Positions 1-12,997 of a stretch of 64,000 nt of DNA are shown one piece after another (position 1 is the stretch's first letter; every line of letters begins with the position of its first letter). Under the pieces are notes generated by a model. The model did not search any database. It was given only the letters and a program-made list of their open reading frames with translations, and had not been told where the DNA came from. A program made the position numbers and the translations under genes. Source of the DNA: Oikopleura dioica (lineage: Eukaryota; Animalia; Chordata); contig OU015569.1 in assembly GCA_907165135.1 (NCBI GenBank), positions 6,820,001 through 6,884,000 of the forward strand, in the 5' to 3' direction.

Positions 1-270
1 TAGCCAAGACTCAACTGGATAAAATCTACTAGAGTTACTTACGACATTCGACTTCCAGGCGGGAACGTAAATATCAGGGACAAGGTTCAAGTCCTGAGAA
101 AACTTGAAAGACTCCTTTTGCTGATTTTCTTATTATGGTTTGTTTTTTGTTAAGATTATTTTATTTAATCGATTAAGAAAGAGAACTTTCATCAAAACCC
201 ATTCCGTTACTCATCTCCTCTTTGCTGCTTGCTTCGTCGATGCTCCTTCTCGACTGATTCGTTTTTCAGA
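1..270 (-). CDS. Partial spliced gene running off the left edge; product unknown
   Basis: Open exon-like stretch QKESFKFSQDLNLVPDIYVPAWKSNV on the minus strand, bounded by a CAG acceptor and a GTAAGT donor; no family recognised. Confidence 0.3.
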
Positions 271-769
271 TTTTCTCAGAGAAAACAGTGATGTTCTCGA
301 AAAAAACGTGAAAAAAATAAACTTATTTTGTTGAGCGTTTCTAGGGAAGTAGACAGTCTTACGTTACGTAATGATTAGTTACGGAAGAATAGCCCGATAA
401 AGGCTCACGAAAATTTACTCGATAATTTGAATACTGTTCGAAAGTCTTTTGAATTCATAAATTATTTCGAGTTAAGATGTGTTCCCTTATTTGGAAAAAG
501 CAACAATGTTTTTCAAATTTAGAAACATCTTCGGGCAGGTGCTTCTACGAGTCGTTTCAAATGGATAGTTTTCACAAATTTTCAATCCAAAGTCAATTTA
601 GAGAAATAAAATCTAAGTCAGCAGGTCCAGGAACGTCAAAGAATTTACGGAATTTTCTTTTTTTTTAATAAATACTAGTTTTTTAAATGAAAATGTTTCT
701 ATATTTCGTATGAGTTGAATGATATTCCAAACGTTTAGAAAAGCTTACCTCTGGGATTTTGAAGGCAGG

Positions 770-1223
770 ATGACAGATCTAAATCTCCCAAGGTAAGTGC
801 TTTTTTTCTTGAAGTAATGAATTATTTCTCTAAGATTCCAGCCGAAGAAAAAGAAGAAGAAGATATGTGGATATTTCGGAAGTGCTATGATGTTTGTCGT
901 AAAAAGCATCACTGTGGTCGTGCTTATGATTGTACTTCTAAGAGCGCGGTTTTAGAAACATATTTTTTTAAATAAAACAGCTTGTTCTGAACCTAAAAAG
1001 TCTTTACGATCGATTCGTTGGTGCACCACGGCTCTACAAAGTTATTGGCATTGTGAACGGTATGCTTGCAGCGAAAATCCAAGTCAAAAGATTTTCAGAT
1101 AACCCAGATGCACCTCATTTCGATGGAGAGCCGGAACATTCAATGGAGGTCGTCGACATCGTCGACAAATTGGAGAAGATCTATCCTCAAGAGTTTGGAC
1201 CACAAGAAAATCCTCCAAAATGA
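770..1223 (+). CDS. Small (~105 aa) single-pass membrane protein, orphan, 4 exons
   Basis: Three GT-AG introns join in frame: MTDLNLPRFQPKKKKKKICGYFGSAMMFVVKSITVVVLMIVLLRARLYDRF...GPQENPPK*; polybasic stretch followed by a hydrophobic helix. Confidence 0.6.
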
Positions 1224-1829
1224 AAGATCTTCCCTGTCTTGGCAAATAAAATTTGTTTCAATAGAATATGCAAAAGCGATAGTTTCAAAAAGTGTTGATA
1301 ATTATATTTGATGACTATTTTGAAAAGCAAAGTAGAATGTTTTGACGAAGAGAAGAAGATTACGCAGCGCATAAAGGTACCTGAATATAATTTTCATCGA
1401 ACATGGCTTAGAGCCTGAATTGAACGGTAGAATAATACGCTCATCGGAATTATTTTTTATAAATAATTCCTATAAGAGTCTTTTTTCTAAACTGTTTCAT
1501 TTCAAAATGGTATTTCCGTTTCGGTCTAGGGACTATTTATGAGGAAGTACATCTGCTCTCGTCAAAGTTGAAATCGCGAAGGAAAATCATTTCTCTATTA
1601 CCAAATTGACCAGCTGGTAAGATCAAAAAAACAATAAAAGGGTGTTCCGGGCAGCTGAAGGGAATATAAACCACTCTTTATGAATTGTAATACAGTTCGG
1701 AAGATTCTCCGTATTCTTCCGAAAAAACAAGAATGAATGAGTTCTGGAAATTTTCTAGATAACTACATTTCGCATTATTTACATCGAAATAGCAGTCACT
1801 TGAATTAGGAGAACTGGCGACGTGGAGAT

Positions 1830-4800
1830 ATGTCGGAGATCCTGATTAACTGGGTCAACAACGATGTGAGAGTTAAAGAGGAAGTGCACCTAGAGAATGT
1901 CGGTCAAAGATTCAGGTATTTTCTACAGACTTTTTACTGAGTAAAATTTACTCAAACACATTCAAGCTCGGGATACTTGTTCGGGTGCATTATGAAATAC
2001 TACGACGTGTCCGACTACAAGACTCCTCCAATAAGAAAGACCAAATCACTTGATGTTTCTCAGCGAAACTACGCTGCTCTCCAGGAATGGGACATCAAAT
2101 TGTTTAAGTATCTTTACTAAAAAATAAGAAATCTTTATGAGTCTCGCTCAAGCCGCTTTTTCAAAAACTTGGTCTGAGTTTATCTCCTCCAGTTGTTCGT
2201 AAACTTATGGCCGGTGATCACGAGATGACTATGGACACTCTTCGACAACTCTTCGTGGCGCTTCATCACAGAAAAACTCGGCCAGACTCAGCCAGATCAA
2301 GCCTTCCGTAAGCCGAGAACTGAACGCGTATTCTTATATAGATCTAGGGGATCGCCAAGGCCAGGATCAAAGCTGAGCACTGACAGTGGGGTGAAGAGCG
2401 ATGAGCTCCGAAGAACCGTAACAGCGCTTGCTCACCGACTCGGTCATGAAAGACAACAGCCTTCCAGCAACAACCGTGAGCAGGATATGTGGACAGTCAT
2501 TCATCGCGGGCCGTCTCAAAGATGCTTAGACTCGTTTCTTTTTGGTGGAATACATCATTCTCTTGCTAAGGTTAGTCCGATTCTCTGAGTTTCCTTCACA
2601 ACAACTTTAAAGATTGAAGACAATTTGACAAAGCCAGCGATCTTCAAAACTGAATCGACAGAAACTTTCGAAGACTTAAATCAATTCGACGAAAAAATTG
2701 ATAACCCAGGAGACCAGGACCAGATTTTCTTCACAAGTGAAGTCACACGCCCTGAACTAATGCATCAAAGACGAGTTCGTCGACAACGTGTAGAAGTTTA
2801 CAGGTTCGTAACTTTTTTTTACAAATTTTAAGAAAGAAAATTAAGGCAGAAACGCCGAAGAAAAGTTTTTGTAAACGAAATCCGGCGAATCAACAATGAG
2901 CAAGACTACCGTCGAGACACGAACCTTGGAGTGAGTCTCTGCCGTGATACGAACTACGAGGCGTTCTTTGCTGCACATCTTCGGGAAACGCGAAACGAAA
3001 AAGCTGTTATGGCAAACAATCGATACAGCTTGGATAAGCAAGTCGAGGACGAGCGAAATGATAAAATTGCAATGATGAATGACGTTGATGATGAGCGCAA
3101 AGCATTCGAAGGTAGGCTCATCCTAAATTCAACGATTTTTCTCCAATAAATTCAGCTTTGGTTGACAGACGGCATCATGAATACGCTTTCAAACTTCAGC
3201 GGAAACTCCTTGCAGAAAGAAATCAGGTCAAGTACGAAAAGCATTTGAAGTTCTGCAGCGAGGGGCTGGAAGGAATCATCGATTTTGCAATGCGTGTTGC
3301 TGAATACAGGTAGAAATATTCTGTTATTTTATATGATTCTGCATCATCGTCTTTTTTAGAAAGCTAACAAATAACAATGTTACTCAAAAAATGAAGGAAG
3401 AATGGAGAATTCTCTTTCAAAAGAGTTTGGATTTAAAAGAAGATAAGGCAGAAGAAACGCAGAAATTGCTTGTCGAGAGAGATTTAGTGGAATTCAACTC
3501 GATGGTTGGAGAGTGGGAATATTCTGGAGAAACACTAAGTCCAGGTTTGATATATAAGTTATACAAAAGTATTATTATATGATAACTGAAAGTATGCGCC
3601 CAATAGTGTCATATTTTGCCGCTAAAGCTTCCGTATTTTTTTCACCAAAAAGGCGCGATGCCTAATTAATTGTACAATATGCGTTCACGGGTTAAATACA
3701 GTTGACATTTTTTAATAGATTTGATGCTTTCAAGAAGAATGCTTGCAACCCTCGACTCAGTTCTTGTCCCACCTGAGCCGTCAATTGTATCAATAAAGCC
3801 GAACAAATGCCCTGTTAGAATGGCCGTTGTTGGAAAAAAATTTGCTGGAAAGGCAAGGGATAATCAAAATCCAAAGTCAATAAAGCTACTTTAATAATAA
3901 CATTTTGGATCCTTTCAGAGTTTTATTAGTCGTCGAGTTACAGATGCCACTGATCTTGTGCTTATCAACGTTTTGCACCTTATTGCCGAGGCGCGTGAAG
4001 CTGCTGATGACAATGAAATGATGACTACAACTATTCTTGTGCCGGCACCGACTCCGGAACCAGAACCAACTCCAGAGCCTCCTGCTGAACCGCCTAGAGA
4101 ACCGACGCCAGAAGAAAATGCAGAAATTGCGCCGAAATCTCAGACAAGTTTAGCTTCATCTCGACAATCATTGAAGCAAAGGAATCGTTATTTTCTAAGA
4201 GCTACAGTTAATATCGAAGTCTAAGTACAGGTTATTCTTAGCGGAATGTTAACAACGGTGTGAAAGTAAGAGTTCATTGGCTCCATCACGCACATCAGTG
4301 ACAAAGCGATCATCAGTGAGCGTTGCGAGCTCAAGGAAATCGTCAGTTGCAAGCTTAAAAAGATCATCAATAGCAGCTGGTCGTGAGTCTGTTCGAGGGC
4401 CAAGACCTTCTATTAGGAAAGTGTTTCTTTCAAAGTATAATCTAATATGCAAAAGAACTGTATGAAAAAAGACACAATTTAAAGACAATCAGTCAAACAA
4501 GCTCCTCGTCAGTCGGTTTTACCTCGCTCATCAGTCGCTGGACCGCGACAATCAATTAAAAAAGAGTCGGAGGCGAGCATAAGGTCATCGAGATCTTCCC
4601 GCATATCAACTACGAAATCGTCTCAGGATTTGAAGCGTTCTTCAACTGCTATCGTCGAACCAGAAGAGCCTGAAAAGACTCCTACTCCAGAATTGCCACC
4701 AACACCGAAACCTCCGACTCCTCAATTTGTCACAGAAGAATTTGAAGTGCCAACAAATCGAAACGTCATCGGCAAGCAAATAAATGAGTTACTTGATGAG

Positions 4801-7461
4801 GGCTTCGAAATTCCAGAAGCCATCATTGTAGATCTCATCGCTGACAAAATAGAGCGTCTTAGTACAGGATCCCACTGGATGATTGATGGATACCCTGAGA
4901 ATACGAAGCAAGTAAAACTCATGGTGGATCGAGGAATCGACATCAACGCGCTCGTTCTTGTCGAAGCTTCAGATGACACGTGCATTCAACGTTATGAAAA
5001 CCAAAATGCTCAAGACTGTGTCGTGCAAAAAGAACTAATGCGCCATCACGAGCACTGGGGAAAAGTTGAAAAATTCTATGCTCCAAATGTTTATCAAGTT
5101 GCGTGCGAAGACCTTGAAGCAGCGTGTGACGAAGTTGAAGCTATCTATTACAAGTTTGCTCCAACAGAAAGCCCACTTCCAACGCCATCAGTCTCTCTCC
5201 AGTCCATGACAATTCAAGATGGGCCATTGTCGATTCAGCCAACACCAACTCCGTCTGATTTGCCTTCTGAGGTAATTGTATCAGAAAAGAAATCTGGAGA
5301 AACTCTCCCTCGAACACCCCAGACAACCACACCGACGAATCCAACTCCTGAAACCATGGTATCCGAAAAATCGAGTATCCGAACTCTACCAATGGATGAC
5401 TCAACCAACGAATGCAGAGTTATTGATTTTATCGAAGATCGACCATTGTAAGAACTCAATTTTAGAAAAGTGATAAGTTCGTAATTTTAGTGAGAAGAAA
5501 ATTTCAACTGAGGTATTCCAAACTCTGCGAAATATCTGGGAAAAGGGAGAAAGTGTTGCTCAAAATCGAGCCAAGATCATTCTTGGGAATATTCGAAATG
5601 AACGCGAGACCTCCATCCAGTATCTTGCTGCAGTTGTTTGCCGATTCAACAACTTTATTAACAGGTAAAGTTCATATTAATATGAAACCGGTATTATTTC
5701 GATTTTCAGACCGGACCCGCGTCAGGAATTCCTTTTGGAATGGCAGCTTGATTACAATTCGACAAATTACGAGTTGAGATCTGATGACGAAGCAAAATGT
5801 GAGCTTCATCAAAAATGGGCTGATTTGTGGGTTAGAATTGAAGAAGTTACCGTCGAAAGAAAAGAAGAAAACACAAAAATGCGAATTCAACTTCTTCACA
5901 ATAACTTCCTTAAAGAGAAAATTGAGGCCGTGGGCAAGCACTTCTTCCATGTAAAGATATTTTAGTAAAAAAGATTAACTTTATTTAGCTTTGTCGAGTG
6001 GAAGCCATTCGACTTGGTTCCCAATGCTTGACTCTTCGACGCTATTATGCATACCAAGCATGTGCAGAAGACGTAGCCAAAGATGATACTGAGTGGAAGG
6101 GAAAACCTTATTCTAGCTTAGTGATTGATGCGGATGTTGACAACAGTGATCCAGTCGTGAATAAAGAATTCGTGATGAAGAAAGCCGAAGACCTTTGCAA
6201 GGAGATTTTCAAGGAAATCGACGACCGACGCGACTATGAGTTTGAAATGGCAAAGAAAATCGTCAGCGAGGCAAAAGCAGATCAGCAGGGAGCTGGTGCA
6301 GCTGCTGGAGGCAAGGGAAAAGACAAAAAAGGCGCACCAAAGAAAGACAAGACACCGGAACCCATCGATCCTGCTTTGGAAGAAGAAATTAAACGAAAAG
6401 ATGTCTGCCGTAGAGAATGCCTTGAAGGTAATTCTTGAAATAGATTATTAATTTTGAAATCAATTCTAGCCATTCGCCTGCAACACATGGCGGCCCGTCG
6501 CCGAGTTGAAAATATTCGAAGTAACCTTCTGAATTTTATTGACGAGATTACAACACGTTATGTCGATACGTACTCACACCTTAACGAGATCCTCAAGCTA
6601 CACAGTGAGGACACAGTGGTTGTCATGGACACGATTCAAGAAGTCGTCCATGCAGGAATCGAAAGCGCAGAACCAATCGAGCCCACGTTGAACATCGTCA
6701 CTCCACTACGATTTGACTTCGAAAACGTTCAGCCAATCTGTCCCCCGGAACCCCTGGAAGAAGCAATTGACGATCTGCACCCTGTTCTCCAAATGAAGGA
6801 AGACTTCGAATGTCTGGGCCCCGACAGCGTCAGAACTCAAGATCTCCGCGAAATCGCTAACAATTATTATCTTGGTGAAGAAATTATCGAAAAGAGCGAT
6901 CGGCAATGGAGGAAAATCCTCTTTGGATGCATTGAATACACTGAAGAATTCCTTGAAACCCTTCGAAGCGCAGAAAATCAAGTGGTGTCATTCATGGAAT
7001 GGATAGAACTCACGGAAGGTTGTTCGCCTATTTCTGAGCTAGGCTGGGAACTCTCCGAACAAGGAGAACTCGATCTGGACAAGGTCATTTCTTTACTGGA
7101 ACTGGTTGAGCCACTTAGAATGCATATATCTCCACAGGTAAAAAGGCCTATTTCAAATGATCTCCTTATTTTCATAGCCTCCATCCCAGCGGACTGAAGA
7201 AGAGCGCACGATTTACGAAGATGACTCCGAAAATGATGCAGATGATGAAGAAGATTTATCGGACGTTGAAAAAATGGGATCAAACACTTCGTTACGAGAA
7301 AGCCTGTACGATCTTCAGTCAGCCTCTCAATTGAATAACAAGGAAAGATATAAACTCAAAAGAAAAAATTTAAAAATTTAATGAATACATTTTTATATCC
7401 TTCATAGATTTCAAAAGCTTCCACAATCAATGACTCAAGCTCAGTCAACGAAGAAGAGTAA
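1830..7461 (+). CDS. SPEF2: Sperm flagellar protein 2 (CH domain, coiled coil, adenylate-kinase-like domain), multi-exon
   Basis: N-terminus MSEILINWVNNDV...FSSGYLFG...NYAALQPLFQKLG matches the SPEF2 CH domain (MSEILCQWLN...FSSGYLLG...NFSRLEPTL); ADK-like WMIDGYP in ORF 4630-5451; exon ORFs 5998-6438 and 6454-7197. Confidence 0.85.
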
Positions 7462-7677
7462 TCTCTGAAAAATTAAATATTTATTTTTGTCTTTTTTTTT
7501 TGTATGATAATAAAGAATTTCTATTAACCAAACGAATATACAGTTTTCTTTTATTGTTCACCAAAACATAAGTCTTTTACACACATTTGAGCTTTAACAT
7601 AGTTCATAAAACACTTTTCAATATTTTAAAAAGCTAGTGATTTCGAACTTTTCCTAGTACTGATGGAGCTGGTCGAT

Positions 7678-8580
7678 CTAACAGACGCACCCAGTGGATC
7701 CTTTGACATGATCATTTTCGAGCCAATAACAAACGCTTTTATTAAGTTCTCTACTATCGCCGATCGACTCAATCAGACTGACGCCATTATCGATGGTGAT
7801 CAGAACTCTTTCTTGGTCGAGCATATCAGGCTCAAGGCCGTAACGCGCCCGTATATTCGAGCGCAGTTGAGCTCGATCAGTTTGCTTCGCCAGTCGTCCC
7901 AGCTGATTAGACCTCTCTTGTATCGCCCTTATTTCTTCGTCGCGTGACTATATGTTTGAGAGGGTCTTGTCAGTTTTAAAATGAAAGTAGCGTTACCATT
8001 TGGGAACTTGAGGAAGTAGAACTTATCTGGCTTTCGGTACGTGCAGTGGATGAGAATATCGACGATTCGATCTCGTCGACATCGTCCTCCCCATCTTCTC
8101 CGCCAGTCAATGGTTCAAAATGCTGCCGTTGATTTCGATTTTTAATTCTTGCTTTCACCTAAACTTTTTGCATTTGCAATCTCAATCTATTCATTATCTC
8201 GTTTTATTTAGTCTGATTCCGAATCGGAAGAACTAATAATGATTCTTCAGCAAAGAAAAACATACTTCAAACGCAGCGTCGTGTGTTTTCTCTATTGCAC
8301 ATTTTCCAATATCTCTAAATCTTTTCTTGTCGAACTTGGCGAATATTGCGCTGAAGCTTGAGCAATGCACGAGGTTTCCAAGCTTTCTGTCGGAAACCAT
8401 ATCTCTCTTTTTTCTATCTCTCTAATCACAAGTTTTTTTTTTCTCAATCTTAAAAAATCCAAACACCTTACTTCCGCAAATTGTCCGACAAAGATGGCTA
8501 GAATGCTCTCCAGCGCCTCGGCGATTATCGCTAAAAGACCACATTATATACACATTGAGATGGGGCCCCTGTGTTGACAT
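7678..8580 (-). CDS. Uncharacterised ~225 aa protein with a complexin-like helix and C-terminal CXC
   Basis: Four exons with GT-AG junctions join in frame; last exon SRDEEIRAIQERSNQLGRLAKQTDRAQLRSNIRARYGL...GSTGCVC*. Confidence 0.55.
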
Positions 8581-9176
8581 TATCAATCTTAATTCTAGAT
8601 ACCGGTTTTACTCATGACCAGTAAAAGACTAGCTCTTCCGTAGTTTTAGAGTACCATATTACCGTTTGTATATTGGGTAACGGTGACTTCTGGAAAGAAG
8701 GCAAATTTCGGGAAAAAATTATCAACGATAATTTTACTTTTAGTGTCAAACAATAAAACTAATTAGATTCTGAGACAAGTGACTAAATTAGTAATTAGAA
8801 CATACGAGTAAGAAAGATTCCGTGTTTTCTTAAAATGAATAACTATTCGGATGATTTTAAGCGATTTCGTGGCGGTTTTGATGCGGCGTGGCTTTAGTAT
8901 GACAACACGTACGTTACGCAAAATGGAATGAAGCCACAACACACCCGTGAAATCGTCTTTCTAATTACTGAAAAACAAGAATATTTAGCTTTATACTCAA
9001 ATCTAATTACTCCTGCATTCATCGTCTCAGAACTGTAACCCTCTCTTCACCGTTTTTTCTGTTTATTAGAGTATTTGCACAGATTACTATTTTTGATTTA
9101 CAGCGGACTTGAAGTTAAACCATATTGATTGATAGAGAGATTGCGAGTTTATAAAATATACAGCTGGACAAGTGGA

Positions 9177-12100
9177 TTACTGTGGATTTTTTTCGACCAG
9201 CCGAGATTTGTAGCACCAGGGATTGTTTGGATCGCCTGACTTTTCGAAGCAACAGTTGAGCTGGTAGATGCACTTGTGTCGATCATGCACTTTCTTCCCT
9301 TCACTCAGACAGGCTTGTCGAGAAAGTGGACGTTCAGTGTTGGTATTTTCAAGCTGATACCGGCCTGAGTGTTCGACCCACTTACGGACAAAGAGCTTGG
9401 GCCACTTTGGACTGTTGGCACAGACACGTTGGAGCTCTGAAGGCCTTCTGCGTTGAAGATCGTTGTAATTTGAGTTTATAAATGCTCGATCAAGATTTGA
9501 AGGTCCTGCGTAGCAATGAGGGCCAGCTAAATTCAATAAGGACGATGCTTAGTGTGATTTTATACCTAGGGTGAGCCCGAAGAGAGGCAGTTTCTTGTTA
9601 GAAATAGCAGCTTCTCCGTCAAAGCAGCATCCCATTGCATCGCATTGTTCAACCGTTGCAATACGATTTAGCAATTCTCCATGCTTTGTTGACGGGTTAA
9701 AGCAACCTTCTCGCTGATGTGGAGCTCATTCGGACTTAAATTTATCGCTCTAACTAAGCTTATGAAGACCAATTTTTTATATTTAAAGTCCGTTCGTATA
9801 ATCAAGCACTCATCAAGTTCTCCTTCTGAGGCCTTGTTAGTTTTTGGATCGATTCTTGACTCCGCGCCTCCTCTTCTGTAGCAGAATGCTTCTCCTTCGA
9901 CTCTCGGGTTTGGATCAAAGCAGCATGTTGGATGCTGAGAAAGACATTCGTACCTATCCATGGCTGGGTCTCCACAAGGTGTTCGATTCGGTGTATTTTT
10001 CCAAAATTTGTTCTCAAGGTATCCATCGTCGAAAATGCCATTCGTACCATCTTCGAATTTGTTTCGCTCACTGATGTCAATATCACAGAAGCCTGCTCTT
10101 AGAGATCGATAGCAAACCGGAAGAGGTCCATCTGAAAATTATTATTTTTCTCTGATGCAAGAAACCCCAGATTATTGTCTGCATGTCAATATATTAAAAA
10201 TGATAAAAACCCTTATGGAAGAGATTCAGTTCATTGAAGCAGCAACCGATTGCTTCACACTCTCCAGCTGGATCTTCAAAATTAAGCGCAGCATAATTTT
10301 GTGGAAAACATGCGGACATGTTCTCTGGCTCTATTAATTGGCATGTATACGAGTTGGAGTTGAGCTGCGCTCGAATATTGTTCGCGTGCGAGGAGACCCA
10401 GAAGTCTAGTTTCTTCACTCGTTCGTCCGATCCAGACAGAAATCCACCGACTTCTGGAATCTCAATATTGGCTGCTCCAGGCATGGCTGTTGGTCCATGC
10501 GGCTTCCAGACGAAGTCATCGCGACCGGGAAAGTCATCCACTACATCGTGGATTTTGAAAAGGTTCTCGGTCGAGTCGAAAACGTCATTCCACATTTTAT
10601 GGTTTTCTGGAGCACCGGCGTAGTCTCCTGGTTCTTTGACCATTCGGCGAAGAACGTCGGGCATCTGAGATTGTGCCCAATTGGAAGCCTCTGTGAGATC
10701 GTTCAACGTTGGTAGTTTATCAACACCACCAAAAAGATCGATTATATGTTCTTTCTTTATCATGTGGCGTGCGATTCCGATGCCAACTTTGCCAAGTATA
10801 TTTTTGTAGCACTTTGGAGTTTTTGTAGTGAGTGCCAATTTTACTCCGCTTTCGTCCAACTCATTGTAGCAGCATCCTTGAGAGATGCATTCTCCGGCAG
10901 TGATTGTGTCTTGGTTGACGAGACAGGGCAATCTAAGCGACTCCTCGTGAACCGCGCAGATGAAATTTGACGTCGACACTCCAAATGTCTCTTGGAAACT
11001 TGTTGCCTCAATGTCGAGAACATCATTTCCATAAGCCAAAGAAAGAATAAGATCTTCAGAGGAATCAACGTTGGTTCTTAATTTTGAGAAGTATGAAAAC
11101 TACCAACGCTCATCCCTTTCCTGTAGGAAAATGCGAGTTCGATTCTGAATGATCTTCAATTAACTTGAACATCAAATAAGCGTCATTTGGTGCAATCTGG
11201 TCTAGCGAAGTTGGTGTGTCTGGAGAAGATGCGCCTGCGCCGAGGAGTCGCAAGAAAAGAAGCTCCTTATTAGAGTTGACTGCCGAGGAAATATCCAAGT
11301 CGTTTATCAGTCGATTCAAGACGACAGCCGAAGTAGGCTCTAATGACTGATAACATTTATCGCTCTATCGTGGAAATTCACCTTTCAAAAGAGATGAAAG
11401 CAAAAAGTTTTTGCTTCCAGTACTGTCTCCATCAACGACAAGGTCCATCAGCGCATTCGGCAGAGGATTTCTAAATATATAATTGAAAAGAGCAGCTAGG
11501 ATACAAAAATTTCAATACCATCTATATAATATTTTCTTAATATCATATAATCATTATAACATACGTCTGTTTGCAATTGTCTCGTTTCGGACCTGAGGCT
11601 AAGTGCAAGCATCTTGCTGCAGCCTTTTTCAGTAGGGTTTGACCGTGTGCACGAATTTTGGTGTTTTCACTTTTTCGAAGCAACATTATCGTACGCATAG
11701 GCTCTTCTAGGATCGACGAATAGAGAACTTCTTCTTGAGTTATTTCTTGTGTGCTTTGATCAGCTATAACCAAGCCGTTACTTTTGGTGTTTACACAGAG
11801 TGCTCAGAAATTTCTTGCACCAATAAGAACTACATTTTCTACATGATGTTAAATCACCAAAGAAAAATCTATCACCAAGAAAACTACACGGCGATTGTTT
11901 TTGGGACAATGGGATGAAAATTAACCCTCACAGGACTCTTTAATAGTAGGACTTTCGTCGGATGCCTGTGAGGATCAACGAGATTATTAACGAATTAATG
12001 AAAACGTTAATAAGACGCTTTAAAGTGGTAGCCGTGCCTTGACCTACTATTCTTCTGAGCTTGCGCGTACGCAAAAAGTAAATCGGTGTAAGGAGAAAGG

Positions 12101-12450
12101 GATTGTATTTCTGCCAAGGCTTGGTTCTTCATTCCCGTCATATAGAATTTATTTGCCGAAGATGGAGAAACGATGCCAGACGAGAAAATAGAGGCGACCG
12201 ACTGACCGAGGTTCGGTGAAAGATAATTCGCGGATAGTAGCTCAGATCGGACACGCACTTATTCTGTGAGCAACGGAGAATGTAACTTGGTCGTGTGCCT
12301 TTCCTGTTCAGCTCGTTGATCTTCATCAAGACCATGAGCGAATTGTGTGTTGACTGCTTCCATTTGAGTCTTTGCATTTAGCAGCGAGAGGTAATCTCCC
12401 AAAACTCCGAGAGCATCCACATTTAGCAAAAGCCCAAGCGCGCTCTTCAT
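9177..12450 (-). CDS. Secreted multi-trefoil (P-domain) protein
   Basis: Signal-like start MKSALGLLLNVDALG; five C-C-C-CC-C modules, e.g. CAV..LPCL..GECISQGCCY..PKCY; TPCG..YECLSQHPTCCFD..FCY; QACL..HKCIYQLNCCFE..PWCY. Confidence 0.8.
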
Positions 12451-12997
12451 CTTATCTCTCTTATTTTAACTCTTATGATGGAAACAAATATAAAAACCGA
12501 AAAACGAAAACAGTCAAATAGTTTTTACTTTGAATGTTACACAATGTTGCATCAAGTCACTATCGTGAACGTTTCGACGCTCACGTGGTGGCCAAGTGCG
12601 ACACCTAATTTCTTGAGCCGATGCATTTCTGGGGTACTTACAAGCTTGTTCTTTCGCGAACATTATGAGTCAATAAACATGACGACATTAACCTCTTTTC
12701 TTTTGCACAACCTAGTTATTTCCAAGGTCAGTTTACATCTATTTCAGCTCTTTTATCTAACGAAATATGACAAGAAAATGATATTTTTTCGACTATGATA
12801 AATTATCAATTATAATGACTTACGACATGATATTTATATATTCTTAAAGGGTATCGAATAAAATATTAGCAATTAAAATTTTTCATTATCCTTTAAGTAG
12901 TTCAGTTAAAAAGAAATGTATTTTATAACGTGTGAAATGAGAGGTAGCTTGTTGATACTATCAAAAGTCTAGGCTTCCTCACAGTTTAATTGAAAAG

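Noticed and set aside
1310-1740. Possible extra small gene or 5' coding exons upstream of SPEF2
   Set aside because: Candidate exons do not join into a convincing open frame, and SPEF2 homology starts at the ATG at 1830
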